Source of the DNA: Planctomycetota bacterium
GTDB taxonomy: Bacteria; Planctomycetota; Planctomycetia; Pirellulales; Thermoguttaceae
DNA length: 63,007 nucleotides
Reading direction: 5' to 3'
Assembly (NCBI GenBank): GCA_029549885.1
Contig: JAKPII010000434.1
Span: forward strand, 1-63,007
Made by a program: the position numbers and the translations under genes. Shown here one piece after another: positions 1 to 9,564 of the stretch; positions within the stretch are counted from its first letter, which is position 1, and the number at the start of each line of letters is the position of its first letter. The notes under the pieces were generated by a model. The model was not told the DNA's origin. It made no database searches and saw only the letters and a program-made list of their open reading frames with translations.

Positions 1-758
1 AGGCCATTACTGCCGATCCCGTTGCCGGAGGTGAAGACGGGCTGACCCCGCCAATCCGTGAAGATCCCGCCGGCTTCTTCGATAATCGGCTGGATGGCCG
101 CCGCGTCCCAGATTTCCATAAGGGGATCGACCATAAAATCGACCCGACCTGTTCCCACCAACAGATATCCATAGCCGTCGCCCCAGGTGCGGAATAGGCG
201 GGTTGCCGATTGAAGTCGGTGAAAGGCTTCGCGGCGGTCGATCTTATCAAAGTTGATGACTTCGCTTGTCACCCAGGCCGCCTCGGCTAGGTTCTCGCAC
301 CGCGAAACGCGGGCCGGTTGGGGCGGTTCTTCCCCAATCTGATACCACGCGCCGCGTCCCTTGGCCGCAAAAATGACTTCGCCCGTCGCCGGAATCCGAT
401 CGACCCCAATCACCGCCCGCCCTTCCCATTCCACGCCGATCAATGTGGCATACAGCGGCACGCCGTGGATGAACGACTTGGTGCCGTCGATGGGGTCGAT
501 AATCCAACGGAAGCCGCTACTTCCTTCGTCCGTCCCCCATTCTTCGCCGACAATTCCATCCTGAGGAAACCTCTTGTGGATGGCCTCTCGCAGGTAGGCT
601 TCGGCCTCCCGGTCGGCGAGTGTGACAGGCGAGGCATCGGCCTTCCGCTCCACAGCCAAATCGGCCCGGCGAAAATAGCGCAGCGTGATCTCTCCAGCTG
701 CGCGGGCAGCCTCCACGGCAAAATCCAAACGGCCTTGTATCTCGCTGGCAGCTCCCAC
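1..758 (-). CDS. hisN: Histidinol-phosphatase, inositol monophosphatase family (3' end runs off window)
   Basis: Not in the ORF track; translated manually. GTG at 758 follows an AGGA RBS. Motifs KADASPVTLADREAE, GIVGEE, WIIDPIDGTKSF, RTWGDGYGY and WDAAAIQPIIEEAGG are present. Confidence 0.85.
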   Translation of the reverse strand, partial: MGAASEIQGRLDFAVEAARAAGEITLRYFRRADLAVERKADASPVTLADREAEAYLREAIHKRFPQDGIVGEEWGTDEGSSGFRWIIDPIDGTKSFIHGVPLYATLIGVEWEGRAVIGVDRIPATGEVIFAAKGRGAWYQIGEEPPQPARVSRCENLAEAAWVTSEVINFDKIDRREAFHRLQSATRLFRTWGDGYGYLLVGTGRVDFMVDPLMEIWDAAAIQPIIEEAGGIFTDWRGQPVFTSGNGIGSNG

Positions 759-847
759 GTTGAATATCCTATCCAATGTCAAATGGTTGCCCAGATCGGT
801 TTGCATTCACCAAAACCGCCATTATCGCAGAAATAACCAAACACATT

Positions 848-987
848 GTAGGGGCAGGCCCCTGTGCCTGCCCATGATGTGGCCGCGTCCACCAACCCGC
901 TCGGGCAACCACAGGGGGTTGCCCCTACGGACGCTAACCCGACCGGAAGAATCCAACCACTGTACGGGCACGCCCCTGTGCCTGCCC
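848..987. repeat. Cluster of three GTAG-type REP-like palindromes (848-873, 903-928 inverted, 962-987)
   Basis: GTAGGGGCAGGCCCCTGTGCCTGCCC and the inverse-oriented GGGCAACCACAGGGGGTTGCCCCTAC. The same units recur at 18661, 18711, 19131, 19246, 25030, 29089 and 58783. Confidence 0.85.
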
Positions 988-1271
988 ACGATGTGGCAAT
1001 GTAACGCTGCCAGACGTATAATCGTCACCGGCAACCGCCGGTATGACGTTCGTGAGCCGATCATCCAACAGCGAGTGGTGGCCAATCGATTGAACAGGCT
1101 CTATGGTAATCGTTTTCAATCCCTAGGACGAGCAGCGTCGCTCGCTGAAACCGTATTCAAAGCGGCCGTTTCGGCAGTACGCCACCCACTGTAAACTCAA
1201 CACGTGGTAAAAGATTACCCAACACGATTAACGTTGTTTCTAGTCGATTGTCTGTTTTCGGAGAGTAAAAC

Positions 1272-2234
1272 ATGACTCTTTGTCGCTTCACTTGTCCGGA
1301 GTGCAAACAGTCCTTTACGATGGAGCTTCCAGATGATACCGACCTGGCAAAAGTCACCTGCCCTCAGTGCCAGAGCATTTTGACCGTTAAGGTGCCGAGC
1401 GAACCCCCGCCGATTCCAGAGGTACCGACAGATCAGGAACCACCATCGCAGTTGGTCGTACCGCCTCCAATCCCACCGACTTTACCTCCGGAACGCGAAG
1501 CATCGTCCGGCCAAATTCCTTTGCCGTCGGACATTCTTACCCAAGGCCATCGCAACTCAGAGATGGCCAGCTCGCCCGAGACAAGCGTCGTCCCGCCGGC
1601 GCTCGCACCGTATGCACCGCCGACCGCCCCGGTCTCGGTAGCGGCCGAGCATGCCTGTCCCCTTTGCGGCCGCTCGGATCCGAAATACTTCGTCCGCGGT
1701 AAGATGCTTTATGGGCACAAGGTCTGCAGGAAATGCTATCTGTCGTTTCTTAACCGCCGGCAATTCGCCTTTGCGTTCGATATTGTGGCCTATTTCATAC
1801 TGCTGTTGGGAGTGAATTTCCTAGAGGAATTCACGGTGGGCTTTGTCCTCAGCGCAACCCAAGCTGAATTGATTGAGCAACAATTAGAAGCGATCCTACT
1901 TGCGTTTAACGTTCTTAACTATGTCTTGTATGCGCTTTGGTTCCTCTTTAAGGATGGCTTCAACGGTACTTCGCTCGGTAAAGCGATCATGGGCCTCTTC
2001 GTAATCAACGAAGCCACAGGCAAACGCATTTCTTTTGGAGGATCGGCCAAACGCAATTGGATTATCGTCCTCCTTGGTCTCGTGCCGTTTGCGTGGCTAA
2101 TTATTGCCGCAATCATGGGAAAAGGATATCGCATTGGGGATCGGATGGCTAACACAAAAGTGGTGTGGAAAAAATATGCTCACAGCCCGGTGTTTGCTCC
2201 CAATCGTGCCGTTTTATCATCCCCTGGGTTATGA
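1272..2234 (+). CDS. RDD-family membrane protein with N-terminal Zn-ribbon and Pro-rich linker
   Basis: CPEC..CPQC and CPLC..CRKC pairs. RDD-like segments RRQFAFAFD, SLGKAIMGL, SAKRN and RIGDRMANTKVV. Confidence 0.75.
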   Translation: MTLCRFTCPECKQSFTMELPDDTDLAKVTCPQCQSILTVKVPSEPPPIPEVPTDQEPPSQLVVPPPIPPTLPPEREASSGQIPLPSDILTQGHRNSEMASSPETSVVPPALAPYAPPTAPVSVAAEHACPLCGRSDPKYFVRGKMLYGHKVCRKCYLSFLNRRQFAFAFDIVAYFILLLGVNFLEEFTVGFVLSATQAELIEQQLEAILLAFNVLNYVLYALWFLFKDGFNGTSLGKAIMGLFVINEATGKRISFGGSAKRNWIIVLLGLVPFAWLIIAAIMGKGYRIGDRMANTKVVWKKYAHSPVFAPNRAVLSSPGL

Positions 2235-2371
2235 AGCACGCCGCCTCTTCTTTTAACTTTTGTCTTGACGTCATTTCGGATTACTGGTATTTACCGACAC
2301 ATTGACGGTCCCTGTGTCATGGACATGCCAGCGCGCCCCACCCAAGGTGCCGTTGGTGCAATTTATCGCTA

Positions 2372-3808
2372 ATGAGGAGCCAGATCGCGTTGTCCACCCG
2401 TTGGCGACGAACCCTCATTTTCGTAGGTATTAGTCTGGGCCTGATGGGGATTGCCCGGGCACCACGGGCCTACGCGCAGAGGGTTCGCTTTCCCACGGCT
2501 TCTCTTACCCAAGATCCGGGCCAATCCATCTATCAGCAGGTCCCACCCGGTGGCAGCACAAGCGTGCCTGCCCCATCCGCGCCCTCCGGGACCACCGTCC
2601 CCGGCTACCAAGGCCCCATCACCCAGCCGTCTGCCGTGCCATCATATGTGCCACCTTCAGGGGTGACCGGCCAGCCGATCCAGGGGTATGGAACGACCGC
2701 GCCCGGCGTGACGGGAAGCGGACCCTACCCGTCCCCTTGGGATCCCATTCCAACTGCTCCCCCGCCTACTGGGACGGCCGGCTCTCCAGTGGGCGGGATC
2801 AACTATCCGCCGGGCCAAGTTCCCTATTACGCCCCAGCAGGGCCGACCGTCCCGCCAGCGCCGGGAGCCGTCTATCAGGGGACAACACCCCCGCCGCCCA
2901 CTTGGGATCCCTACGCGGTCCCTGGAAATCCGTCACCTAGTGTGTTTCCGCAGGGTGGTATTTTTCCGGGCGTTCAGGGGGACAGCTTCTACAACACGAT
3001 GATCCGCTTCCGCGAAGCCACGGGCTTTCGCTTCACATGGATTGGGGGATCCGATCTCGGCGTGGATGACCTGGAACTTTACTCCACGTTTGCCTTTCCC
3101 TTTTTGACCACCTCGGGGCCGCCACTGCGGGTGACGCCCGGCTTTGCATTCCACTGGTGGGATGGCCCCGTGTCATCAGCTCTGCCAGAATCCGCGGACA
3201 TGCCCTCGGTGACCTACGACGCCTACCTCGACGCCGGCTGGAATCCTCAAGTCTCGCCAGTTTTGGGAGGAGAGTTGAACGTTCGGGTAGGGGTGTATTC
3301 CGATTTTAAGCGCGTCACCTCCGACAGCCTTCGACTTCAAGGGGCGGGATTTCTGACCTTGGCCCTCACGCCCAATTGGAAACTCAAAGGCGGTGTCATC
3401 TATCTGGACCGCGTACGGCTAAAAATGCTTCCGGCAGGCGGGGCCATTTGGGTCGATAATCCGCAGAATCCCACCATGGAACTTGCCCTAGTCTTCCCAA
3501 GCCCCCGTTTTGCCATGCGACTGCCCCAGCAAACGACGGCGGACGTCTGGTGGTACGTGCGGGGTGACTACGGTGGGGGTTCTTGGACGATCAAACGCAC
3601 CAGTGGCGCCAATATCGGGGCTACGGAACAGGTGGACTATAACGATTTGAGGCTCGCCACCGGGCTGGAGTTTTACCGTTTGCGAGGTTTGCGCGGGTAT
3701 GCCGAAGTCGGGTTGGCCTTTTCTCGCGAACTTGTTTACGAGGCCGGTTGGACCGATAAGTACAAGCCTGACGCTGCCGTCTTCTTAAGCGGTGGACTGG
3801 CATTTTAG
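2372..3808 (+). CDS. Secreted protein: signal peptide, Pro/Gly-rich N-terminus, probable outer-membrane beta-barrel
   Basis: Hydrophobic signal ending AYA-Q, a low-complexity P/G/T region, amphipathic beta-strand pattern and a C-terminal Phe (GGLAF). Confidence 0.6.
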   Translation: MRSQIALSTRWRRTLIFVGISLGLMGIARAPRAYAQRVRFPTASLTQDPGQSIYQQVPPGGSTSVPAPSAPSGTTVPGYQGPITQPSAVPSYVPPSGVTGQPIQGYGTTAPGVTGSGPYPSPWDPIPTAPPPTGTAGSPVGGINYPPGQVPYYAPAGPTVPPAPGAVYQGTTPPPPTWDPYAVPGNPSPSVFPQGGIFPGVQGDSFYNTMIRFREATGFRFTWIGGSDLGVDDLELYSTFAFPFLTTSGPPLRVTPGFAFHWWDGPVSSALPESADMPSVTYDAYLDAGWNPQVSPVLGGELNVRVGVYSDFKRVTSDSLRLQGAGFLTLALTPNWKLKGGVIYLDRVRLKMLPAGGAIWVDNPQNPTMELALVFPSPRFAMRLPQQTTADVWWYVRGDYGGGSWTIKRTSGANIGATEQVDYNDLRLATGLEFYRLRGLRGYAEVGLAFSRELVYEAGWTDKYKPDAAVFLSGGLAF

Positions 3809-4025
3809 CCTCTCGCCCCTTTTGCCCAAGATCACCCCGCCGAGCCCGATCGATTTGTAAGGTATAGTCTTGACAAGGGCCTCCCTTCCCAATCCCATTT
3901 CCGCAGGAATCGCCTGCAATGTGCGGTAATCCGCTACAATAGGATTGGGGGGATGGCGGCAAAAGGTCAGAAGGTATCGTTTTCTGACCCAGGATACGAA
4001 CCAGCGCACTAGATAGCAGCGCGGC

Positions 4026-6089
4026 ATGAGCACCGAACAACCTCTCGATCCGCAACTGATCGAACAGACGCGGCAGCAAATCCGGCAATTGGTGGCGGAG
4101 GTGGCCGAGCTTTCCTCCCGAACCGATCTGACGCCCGATCAATACTGCGCGGAGTTTTTGCCGCGGGTTGTGTCGGCCCTTGCCGCCTTTGGGGGCGTCT
4201 TTTGGACAGTCGAAGGCCCCGGGCGGATTAGCCTGACTTATCAGATGAACCTCCAGCAGACTCGACTGGCGGAAGACGAGGAGGCCCGACAAAAACACAA
4301 CCGCCTGCTCCAACGGGTACTACAAACGCGGGAAGCGATCCTGGTACCGCCGCAATCAGGCAGCGGAGAAAACAACGGCGAGGCCAACCCTACGGATTTC
4401 CTCTTACTTCTGGGCCCGGTGGGGACGGAGCTGGAAGTCGTGGGGGTTGTGGAGATTTTCCAACGTCCCGATGCCCCGCCCGCAGCCCAGAAGGGTTATC
4501 TCCGCTTTCTCATGCAGATGTGCGACATGGCCAGCGATTATTTCAAATCGCTGCAGTTGCGCAGTCTGTCGGATCGGCAAAGCCTATGGTCGCGATTGGA
4601 AGAGTTTACGCGGCTCATTCATCAGAGCCTTGATCCGGCAGAGACAGCCTACACGCTGGCCAACGAAGCGCGCCGCTTGATCGAATGCGACCGAGTCACG
4701 ATTTCTGTGCGACGTGGGCGTCGGCAAGTCATTGAGGCCATCTCGGGGCAGGACGTAGTCAACAAGCGGTCCAACGTGGTGCGTCTGTTGGGAGATTTGG
4801 CGACGGTCGTCGCGACAGCGCGGGAGAACGTTTGGTTCTGCGGCGACACATCGCAATTGGCACCACAGATCGAGGATGCTCTCCAGCAGTACGTCGATGA
4901 ATCGCATTCCAAGACGGTGATTGTCATCCCGCTGGGTCGTCCGGCACCTCCCCCATCGGACGAAGCCGAGGCCGATCGACCGGCGGACCCCCCGCCTCCG
5001 GTGGGCACGATGATTGTCGAACAGATCGAGGACAGCCGTATCACGCCGCAGCTACGGCAGCGGGTGGAGGTGGTGGCCCAACACGGTGCCGTGGCCTTGG
5101 CCAATGCCGTGGAGCATAACGAGATTTTCCTGATGCCGCTGTGGAAGGCGATCGGGCGATCTAAGGTCATCACCGAAGCCCGCATGTTGCCCAAGACGGC
5201 GGCCGTGGGAATCGTCATCGTCCTCCTTCTTTTGACTCTGCTTTTTGCTCCCTGGCCGTATAAGCTTCATGCCCGGGGAACACTGGAACCTGTCCTGCGG
5301 CGCGATGTGTTCGCGGGAATTGACGGCATTGTGGATGAAGTGTTGGTAGTGCACGGGCAACACGTCAATCAGGGCGACATCTTAGCCCGTTTGCGGAATA
5401 GTGAACTGAAACAACAGATTCTCGAAATCGAAGGACAGCTCGCCGCCAATCAAAAGCAGGTGGCCACCATCCGGCGAGAACTGGCCGATCTGCGGATGTT
5501 AAGTGCCCAGGAGCGGAACCGTCTGACGGGCCAGCTTGCCGAGTTGGAGGCACGCCAGATCAGTCTTGCGGCACAATTGGCGATCCTCCGGGAAAAGGAA
5601 AAGGAATTGACCGTTCTCAGTCCCATCAGCGGCGATGTTGTCACGTGGGACGTGTACAATCGGCTCATCAATCGTCCGGTCAATCGTGGGCAAGCCCTCA
5701 TGCGGATTGCCGACACGTCGGGCGAGTGGGAACTGGAGCTCCACATGTCGGAAGACCGAATGGGTGAGATCGCCTTGGCCCGGCAACAGGTGAAAGCACA
5801 AGATCCGAGCCAGGACTTGACGGTGGAATATGTCCTGGCCACCGACCCTGGTCGGACGCGGACCGCGCGGGTGAAAGATGTTTATGTGTCGGCCGAGGTC
5901 CTTCCCGAAGAGGGAAACGTGGTCATGATCAAGGTGGCCGTCAACAAGGATGATTTCGACGCCACACAACTTCGGCCCGGGGCCACCGTCAGTGCCAAAG
6001 TCCATTGTGGAACGCGGTCGATGGGATACGCTTGGTTCCGCGACCTGATCGCATTTATCCAAACGCGTGTCTTGTTCTATCTGTGGTGA
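4026..6089 (+). CDS. GAF-domain-containing HlyD/membrane-fusion protein
   Basis: Two GAF-like segments (LIHQSLDPAETAYTLANEARRLIECDRV), one TM helix, a barrel-sandwich/lipoyl motif (VVHGQHVNQGDILARL), a coiled coil and LRPGATVSAKV. Confidence 0.75.
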   Translation: MSTEQPLDPQLIEQTRQQIRQLVAEVAELSSRTDLTPDQYCAEFLPRVVSALAAFGGVFWTVEGPGRISLTYQMNLQQTRLAEDEEARQKHNRLLQRVLQTREAILVPPQSGSGENNGEANPTDFLLLLGPVGTELEVVGVVEIFQRPDAPPAAQKGYLRFLMQMCDMASDYFKSLQLRSLSDRQSLWSRLEEFTRLIHQSLDPAETAYTLANEARRLIECDRVTISVRRGRRQVIEAISGQDVVNKRSNVVRLLGDLATVVATARENVWFCGDTSQLAPQIEDALQQYVDESHSKTVIVIPLGRPAPPPSDEAEADRPADPPPPVGTMIVEQIEDSRITPQLRQRVEVVAQHGAVALANAVEHNEIFLMPLWKAIGRSKVITEARMLPKTAAVGIVIVLLLLTLLFAPWPYKLHARGTLEPVLRRDVFAGIDGIVDEVLVVHGQHVNQGDILARLRNSELKQQILEIEGQLAANQKQVATIRRELADLRMLSAQERNRLTGQLAELEARQISLAAQLAILREKEKELTVLSPISGDVVTWDVYNRLINRPVNRGQALMRIADTSGEWELELHMSEDRMGEIALARQQVKAQDPSQDLTVEYVLATDPGRTRTARVKDVYVSAEVLPEEGNVVMIKVAVNKDDFDATQLRPGATVSAKVHCGTRSMGYAWFRDLIAFIQTRVLFYLW

Positions 6090-6135
6090 TCCGTTGAGTT
6101 GAGGAAATACGAGACCAAAGATTTCGGAGTGGCAT

Positions 6136-7011
6136 ATGGCTTGGTTGTGGGTTGCGGTGATGGTTTTGGCGACGGAAACGAATGCAAATACCATCACGCT
6201 GGCCAATTGTCCGGTCTCCATCATCGACGAAGCCCAGGTCCCCGCCCGGGTGCAGGGACAACTGATTGAACTGAGCGTTAAAGAGGGCGACTCCGTCACA
6301 AAGGGCGATGTGCTCGGACGCATAGATGACGCAGTCCTCCGCAAGACCCTGGAGGTCAAACAACACCAATTGGCAGCCGCCCAAAAAGAGGCCGATAACG
6401 ACGTCAATGTCCGTTATGCAAAATGGGCCAATCTCGTGGCCGATGCGGAGTATCAACAGGCAGTGGACGCCAACAATCGGGCCCCGGGAGCTGTCCCCCA
6501 GGCAGAAATGCGCCGCTTGCTCCTGGAACGGGGAAAGACCTCCCTGGCCATTGAGCAAGCCGCCCACGATCTGGAAGTGGCCAAGCTCACAGTTCAGGTA
6601 AGACAGGCAGAGTTGGCCGAGGTCGAAGAACAACTGGAGATGTACCGCATCGTCGCCCCTTTGGACGGGGTTGTCGTGAAACGCTTTTTCCACGCCGGGG
6701 AATGGGTCAAGCCGGGCGATACCGTGTTCCATATCATCCGGATGGACCGCCTGCGGATCGAAGGGATGGTCCGGGCCGATCAGTACACGCCAGGGCAACT
6801 GGCCAACGCGCGGACGATTTTCACCGTCAAATTGCCCCACCTTGGGGAACAACGCTTTGAAGGCCAAACCGTCTTTGTCAGTCCTGTGGTAGAGGTGACC
6901 GGCGAGTTCACCGTTTGGGCGGAAGTGACCAATATCCGTGACCCGAAAAATGGCCAGTGGCTCCTTCGCCCGGGGCTGACAGGCCAACTGACGATTCAGC
7001 TTAATCCCTAA
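6136..7011 (+). CDS. HlyD/RND periplasmic adaptor (membrane-fusion protein)
   Basis: VKEGDSVTKGDVLGRID, a coiled coil, IVAPLDGVV, GEWVKPGD and LRPGLTG. Confidence 0.8.
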   Translation: MAWLWVAVMVLATETNANTITLANCPVSIIDEAQVPARVQGQLIELSVKEGDSVTKGDVLGRIDDAVLRKTLEVKQHQLAAAQKEADNDVNVRYAKWANLVADAEYQQAVDANNRAPGAVPQAEMRRLLLERGKTSLAIEQAAHDLEVAKLTVQVRQAELAEVEEQLEMYRIVAPLDGVVVKRFFHAGEWVKPGDTVFHIIRMDRLRIEGMVRADQYTPGQLANARTIFTVKLPHLGEQRFEGQTVFVSPVVEVTGEFTVWAEVTNIRDPKNGQWLLRPGLTGQLTIQLNP

Positions 7012-7114
7012 TATGTCGCTTCCTGTGCCGGCAGGACAAAGGGAATCAGGAAGCCAGCGGCATGGGAAAAAGCTGACCGAAGAAGATTCCTGTATCGTGT
7101 GAAATGAACCTGCT

Positions 7115-9361
7115 ATGGTAACGCTTGCCGATAGCCTGCTTTCCAGTTCAGCGCGGAAGTTATCGATCCGCAAGCGGGCGGATTTGGTGGCCCAAAAGCA
7201 GCGCTATGAAGGCGAGACATATTATGTCATCAAAGACCCCGTCGGGTTGAATTACTTCCGCTTTCAAGAGGAAGAGTTTTTTATTCTCAACCAACTTGAC
7301 GGGCAAAGCAGTCTGGACGAGATCAAAGCCCGCTTCGAAGCGGAATTCCCTCCCCAGAAAATCACCCTGGAAGAGCTTCAGCAGTTCGTCGGCATGTTGC
7401 ACCGCAGTGGCCTGGTGGTGGCCGTGGTACCGGAGCAAGGCCGACAGTTACTCAAGCGTCGTCGTGAACGCCGCAAACGGGAATTGCTCAGCGCCCTTGG
7501 AAACATCTTGGCGATCCGCTTTCGGGGAATCGATCCCGAACGGATTTTGACGGCCATGTATCCGTGGGTCCGCTGGGTTTTTCATCCGGCCTTTTTGATC
7601 GCCTGTGTGGTGCTGTGGATTGCCGCCCTTTTGCTGATTGCCTCCGAATTCCGGGTATTCCTCAACCGCTTGCCAACCTTCCATCAGTTCTTCACACCAA
7701 CCAACGCCCTTTGGCTGGCCCTGACCTTGGCCGTGACAAAGATCATTCACGAGTTTGGACACGGGCTGAGCTGCAAGCACTTTGGCGGGGAATGCCACGA
7801 GATGGGGATCATGCTCCTTGTGCTTACCCCTTGCCTCTACTGCAATGTTTCCGACTCCTGGATGTTGCCCAACCGCTGGCACCGCGCGGCAATCGGTGCT
7901 GCGGGGATCTTTGTCGAGCTGACACTGGCGGCTCTGGCGACCTTTATTTGGTGGTTTAGCGAACCGGGGTTGATTAACCATTTGGCCCTCAACGTGATGT
8001 TCATTTGCTCCGTAAGCACGCTCGTTTTCAACGGCAATCCGCTACTGCGATACGATGGCTATTACGTGTTGGCCGATATCCTGGAAATTCCCAATCTGCG
8101 ACAAAAGGCCACGCAACTCCTCAGCCGAACGGCGGCCCATTGGTTCCTGGGGATCAAGCCCCCAGATGACCCATTTTTGCCGCAACGGAACAGGGCCTTG
8201 TTCGTGCTCTATGCGATTGCCGCCTCGATCTACCGCTGGGTCGTGGTGCTTTCCATTCTTCTGTTTTTGAATCGGTTTTTCAAACCTTATCGGCTGGAGA
8301 TCATTGGGCAGATGATTGCCCTGGGAGCGTTATACGGGCTGGTGGTCCAACCGTTGTATCAGGTCGGGAAGTTTTTCTATATTCCGGGAAGGTGGAATCA
8401 GGTGAAGAAGCCTCGACTTTACATGACTTTGACCGGTTTGGGGCTGGTGCTGGCCTTTATCCTATTTGTGCCCTTGCCCTACCGAGTGATGTGCACATGC
8501 GAGATCCAAGCCAAGGATGCGGCCCCCGTGTATGTGGATGTCTCCGGACGGTTGGAGGAGGTCTTGGTTCGACCGGGACAGGCGGTCCGCCTTAGGGATT
8601 CCCTTGCGCGTCTGAGTGACTACGATCTCGAGATCCAGATCGCCCGACTGGAAACCCTCCAACGTCAGTATGAAGCCCGCCTGGCCGTCCTGGAACGCCG
8701 CCGTTCTGAAGACGAGGCCGCCGCCAACGAACTCCCCGCGTTGCGCGAGGCCCTCCAAACGGTCACCCAACAATTGGCAGAAAAACACCGAGATCGCGAT
8801 CGCTTGCTGCTACGGGCCCCATGCGATGGCGTAGTCCTACCGCCACCGTGGAAGACGGTGACCGCGGACAAAAATGACCCACTTCCCGATTGGTCGGGTA
8901 CGCCCCTGGAGCCCCGGAATATTGGGGCCTTCCTCCGCGAGGGTGAGCTCTTCTGCCTGATTGGACAACCGCAAAACATGGAGGCCATCCTCGTCATTGA
9001 TCAGGCCGACATCGAGTTTGTTCAGCCCGGCCAGCTGGTCCGCCTTAAGCTCGATGAGCTACCCTGGCGGACACTCAGGGGCACGATCGAAGACGTGGCC
9101 AAGCGCGAAGTGGAAGCCGCGTCACCGCGATTGGCGGGCAAGGCTGGCGGAGAATTGGCCACCAAGACCGATCCGCGAACAGGCGTGGAAAAACCCATCT
9201 CTACCGTCTATCAGGCCCGTGTCCCTCTCGTCAATGACGAGAACCTGCTGATTCCTGGTTTGCGCGGTCGTGCCAAAATCCACGTCGATCGCCAGCATTG
9301 GCTGACCATCGGTCAACGGGTGTGGCGGTTCGTAACGCGGACCTTCAATTTCCGTCTCTAG
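7115..9361 (+). CDS. Site-2 (M50) intramembrane metallopeptidase fused to a HlyD/MFP domain, with a PqqD-like N-terminus
   Basis: HEFGH (HExxH) and NPLLRYDG (NPDG-type) motifs within multiple TM helices. C-terminal lipoyl/coiled-coil/MFP region ending LIPGLRGRAKI. Confidence 0.8.
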   Translation: MVTLADSLLSSSARKLSIRKRADLVAQKQRYEGETYYVIKDPVGLNYFRFQEEEFFILNQLDGQSSLDEIKARFEAEFPPQKITLEELQQFVGMLHRSGLVVAVVPEQGRQLLKRRRERRKRELLSALGNILAIRFRGIDPERILTAMYPWVRWVFHPAFLIACVVLWIAALLLIASEFRVFLNRLPTFHQFFTPTNALWLALTLAVTKIIHEFGHGLSCKHFGGECHEMGIMLLVLTPCLYCNVSDSWMLPNRWHRAAIGAAGIFVELTLAALATFIWWFSEPGLINHLALNVMFICSVSTLVFNGNPLLRYDGYYVLADILEIPNLRQKATQLLSRTAAHWFLGIKPPDDPFLPQRNRALFVLYAIAASIYRWVVVLSILLFLNRFFKPYRLEIIGQMIALGALYGLVVQPLYQVGKFFYIPGRWNQVKKPRLYMTLTGLGLVLAFILFVPLPYRVMCTCEIQAKDAAPVYVDVSGRLEEVLVRPGQAVRLRDSLARLSDYDLEIQIARLETLQRQYEARLAVLERRRSEDEAAANELPALREALQTVTQQLAEKHRDRDRLLLRAPCDGVVLPPPWKTVTADKNDPLPDWSGTPLEPRNIGAFLREGELFCLIGQPQNMEAILVIDQADIEFVQPGQLVRLKLDELPWRTLRGTIEDVAKREVEAASPRLAGKAGGELATKTDPRTGVEKPISTVYQARVPLVNDENLLIPGLRGRAKIHVDRQHWLTIGQRVWRFVTRTFNFRL

Positions 9362-9383
9362 GACACCGTCTTCACCCCATTTG

Positions 9384-9542
9384 GAGGCTATCCCAAAAAG
9401 TCCCCCTCTCCCTCCGGGAGAGGGTTGGGCTGAGGGCAAGCGAACCTCGGAATCGATTGAGAAAACCAGCAGCGATTCGAGCCACCGTCACCCCCGACCC
9501 CTTTCCTGCCGAACGCGTGAGGGAAGATTATGGGATAGGCTC
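9384..9542 (+). mobile_element. MITE-like element copy 1 (159 bp)
   Basis: Termini GAGGCTATCCCA...TGGGATAGGCTC and an internal CCCTCTCCC-nnn-GGGAGAGGG hairpin. Homologous to copies at 19442, 33922 and 48383. Lies between convergent genes. Confidence 0.75.
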
Positions 9543-9564
9543 CAAACGGGGCGATAGACCGTTC

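Noticed and set aside
247-1194. Several ORF-track entries overlapping hisN and the REP cluster
   Set aside because: They are shadow frames. The motif-bearing frame is the minus-strand hisN, and the recurring peptides (HRGLPL, RGRPLCLP) are translated REP sequence.
2500-2960. Low-complexity C/G-rich repeats
   Set aside because: They encode a Pro/Gly-rich linker with no exact DNA repeat unit.
6699-6710. 12-bp match (GGAATGGGTCAA) to the reverse complement of the CRISPR spacer, inside the MFP gene
   Set aside because: It covers only 12 of 31 nt with no extension. A hit this short is plausible by chance in 63 kb, so it is not evidence of self-targeting.
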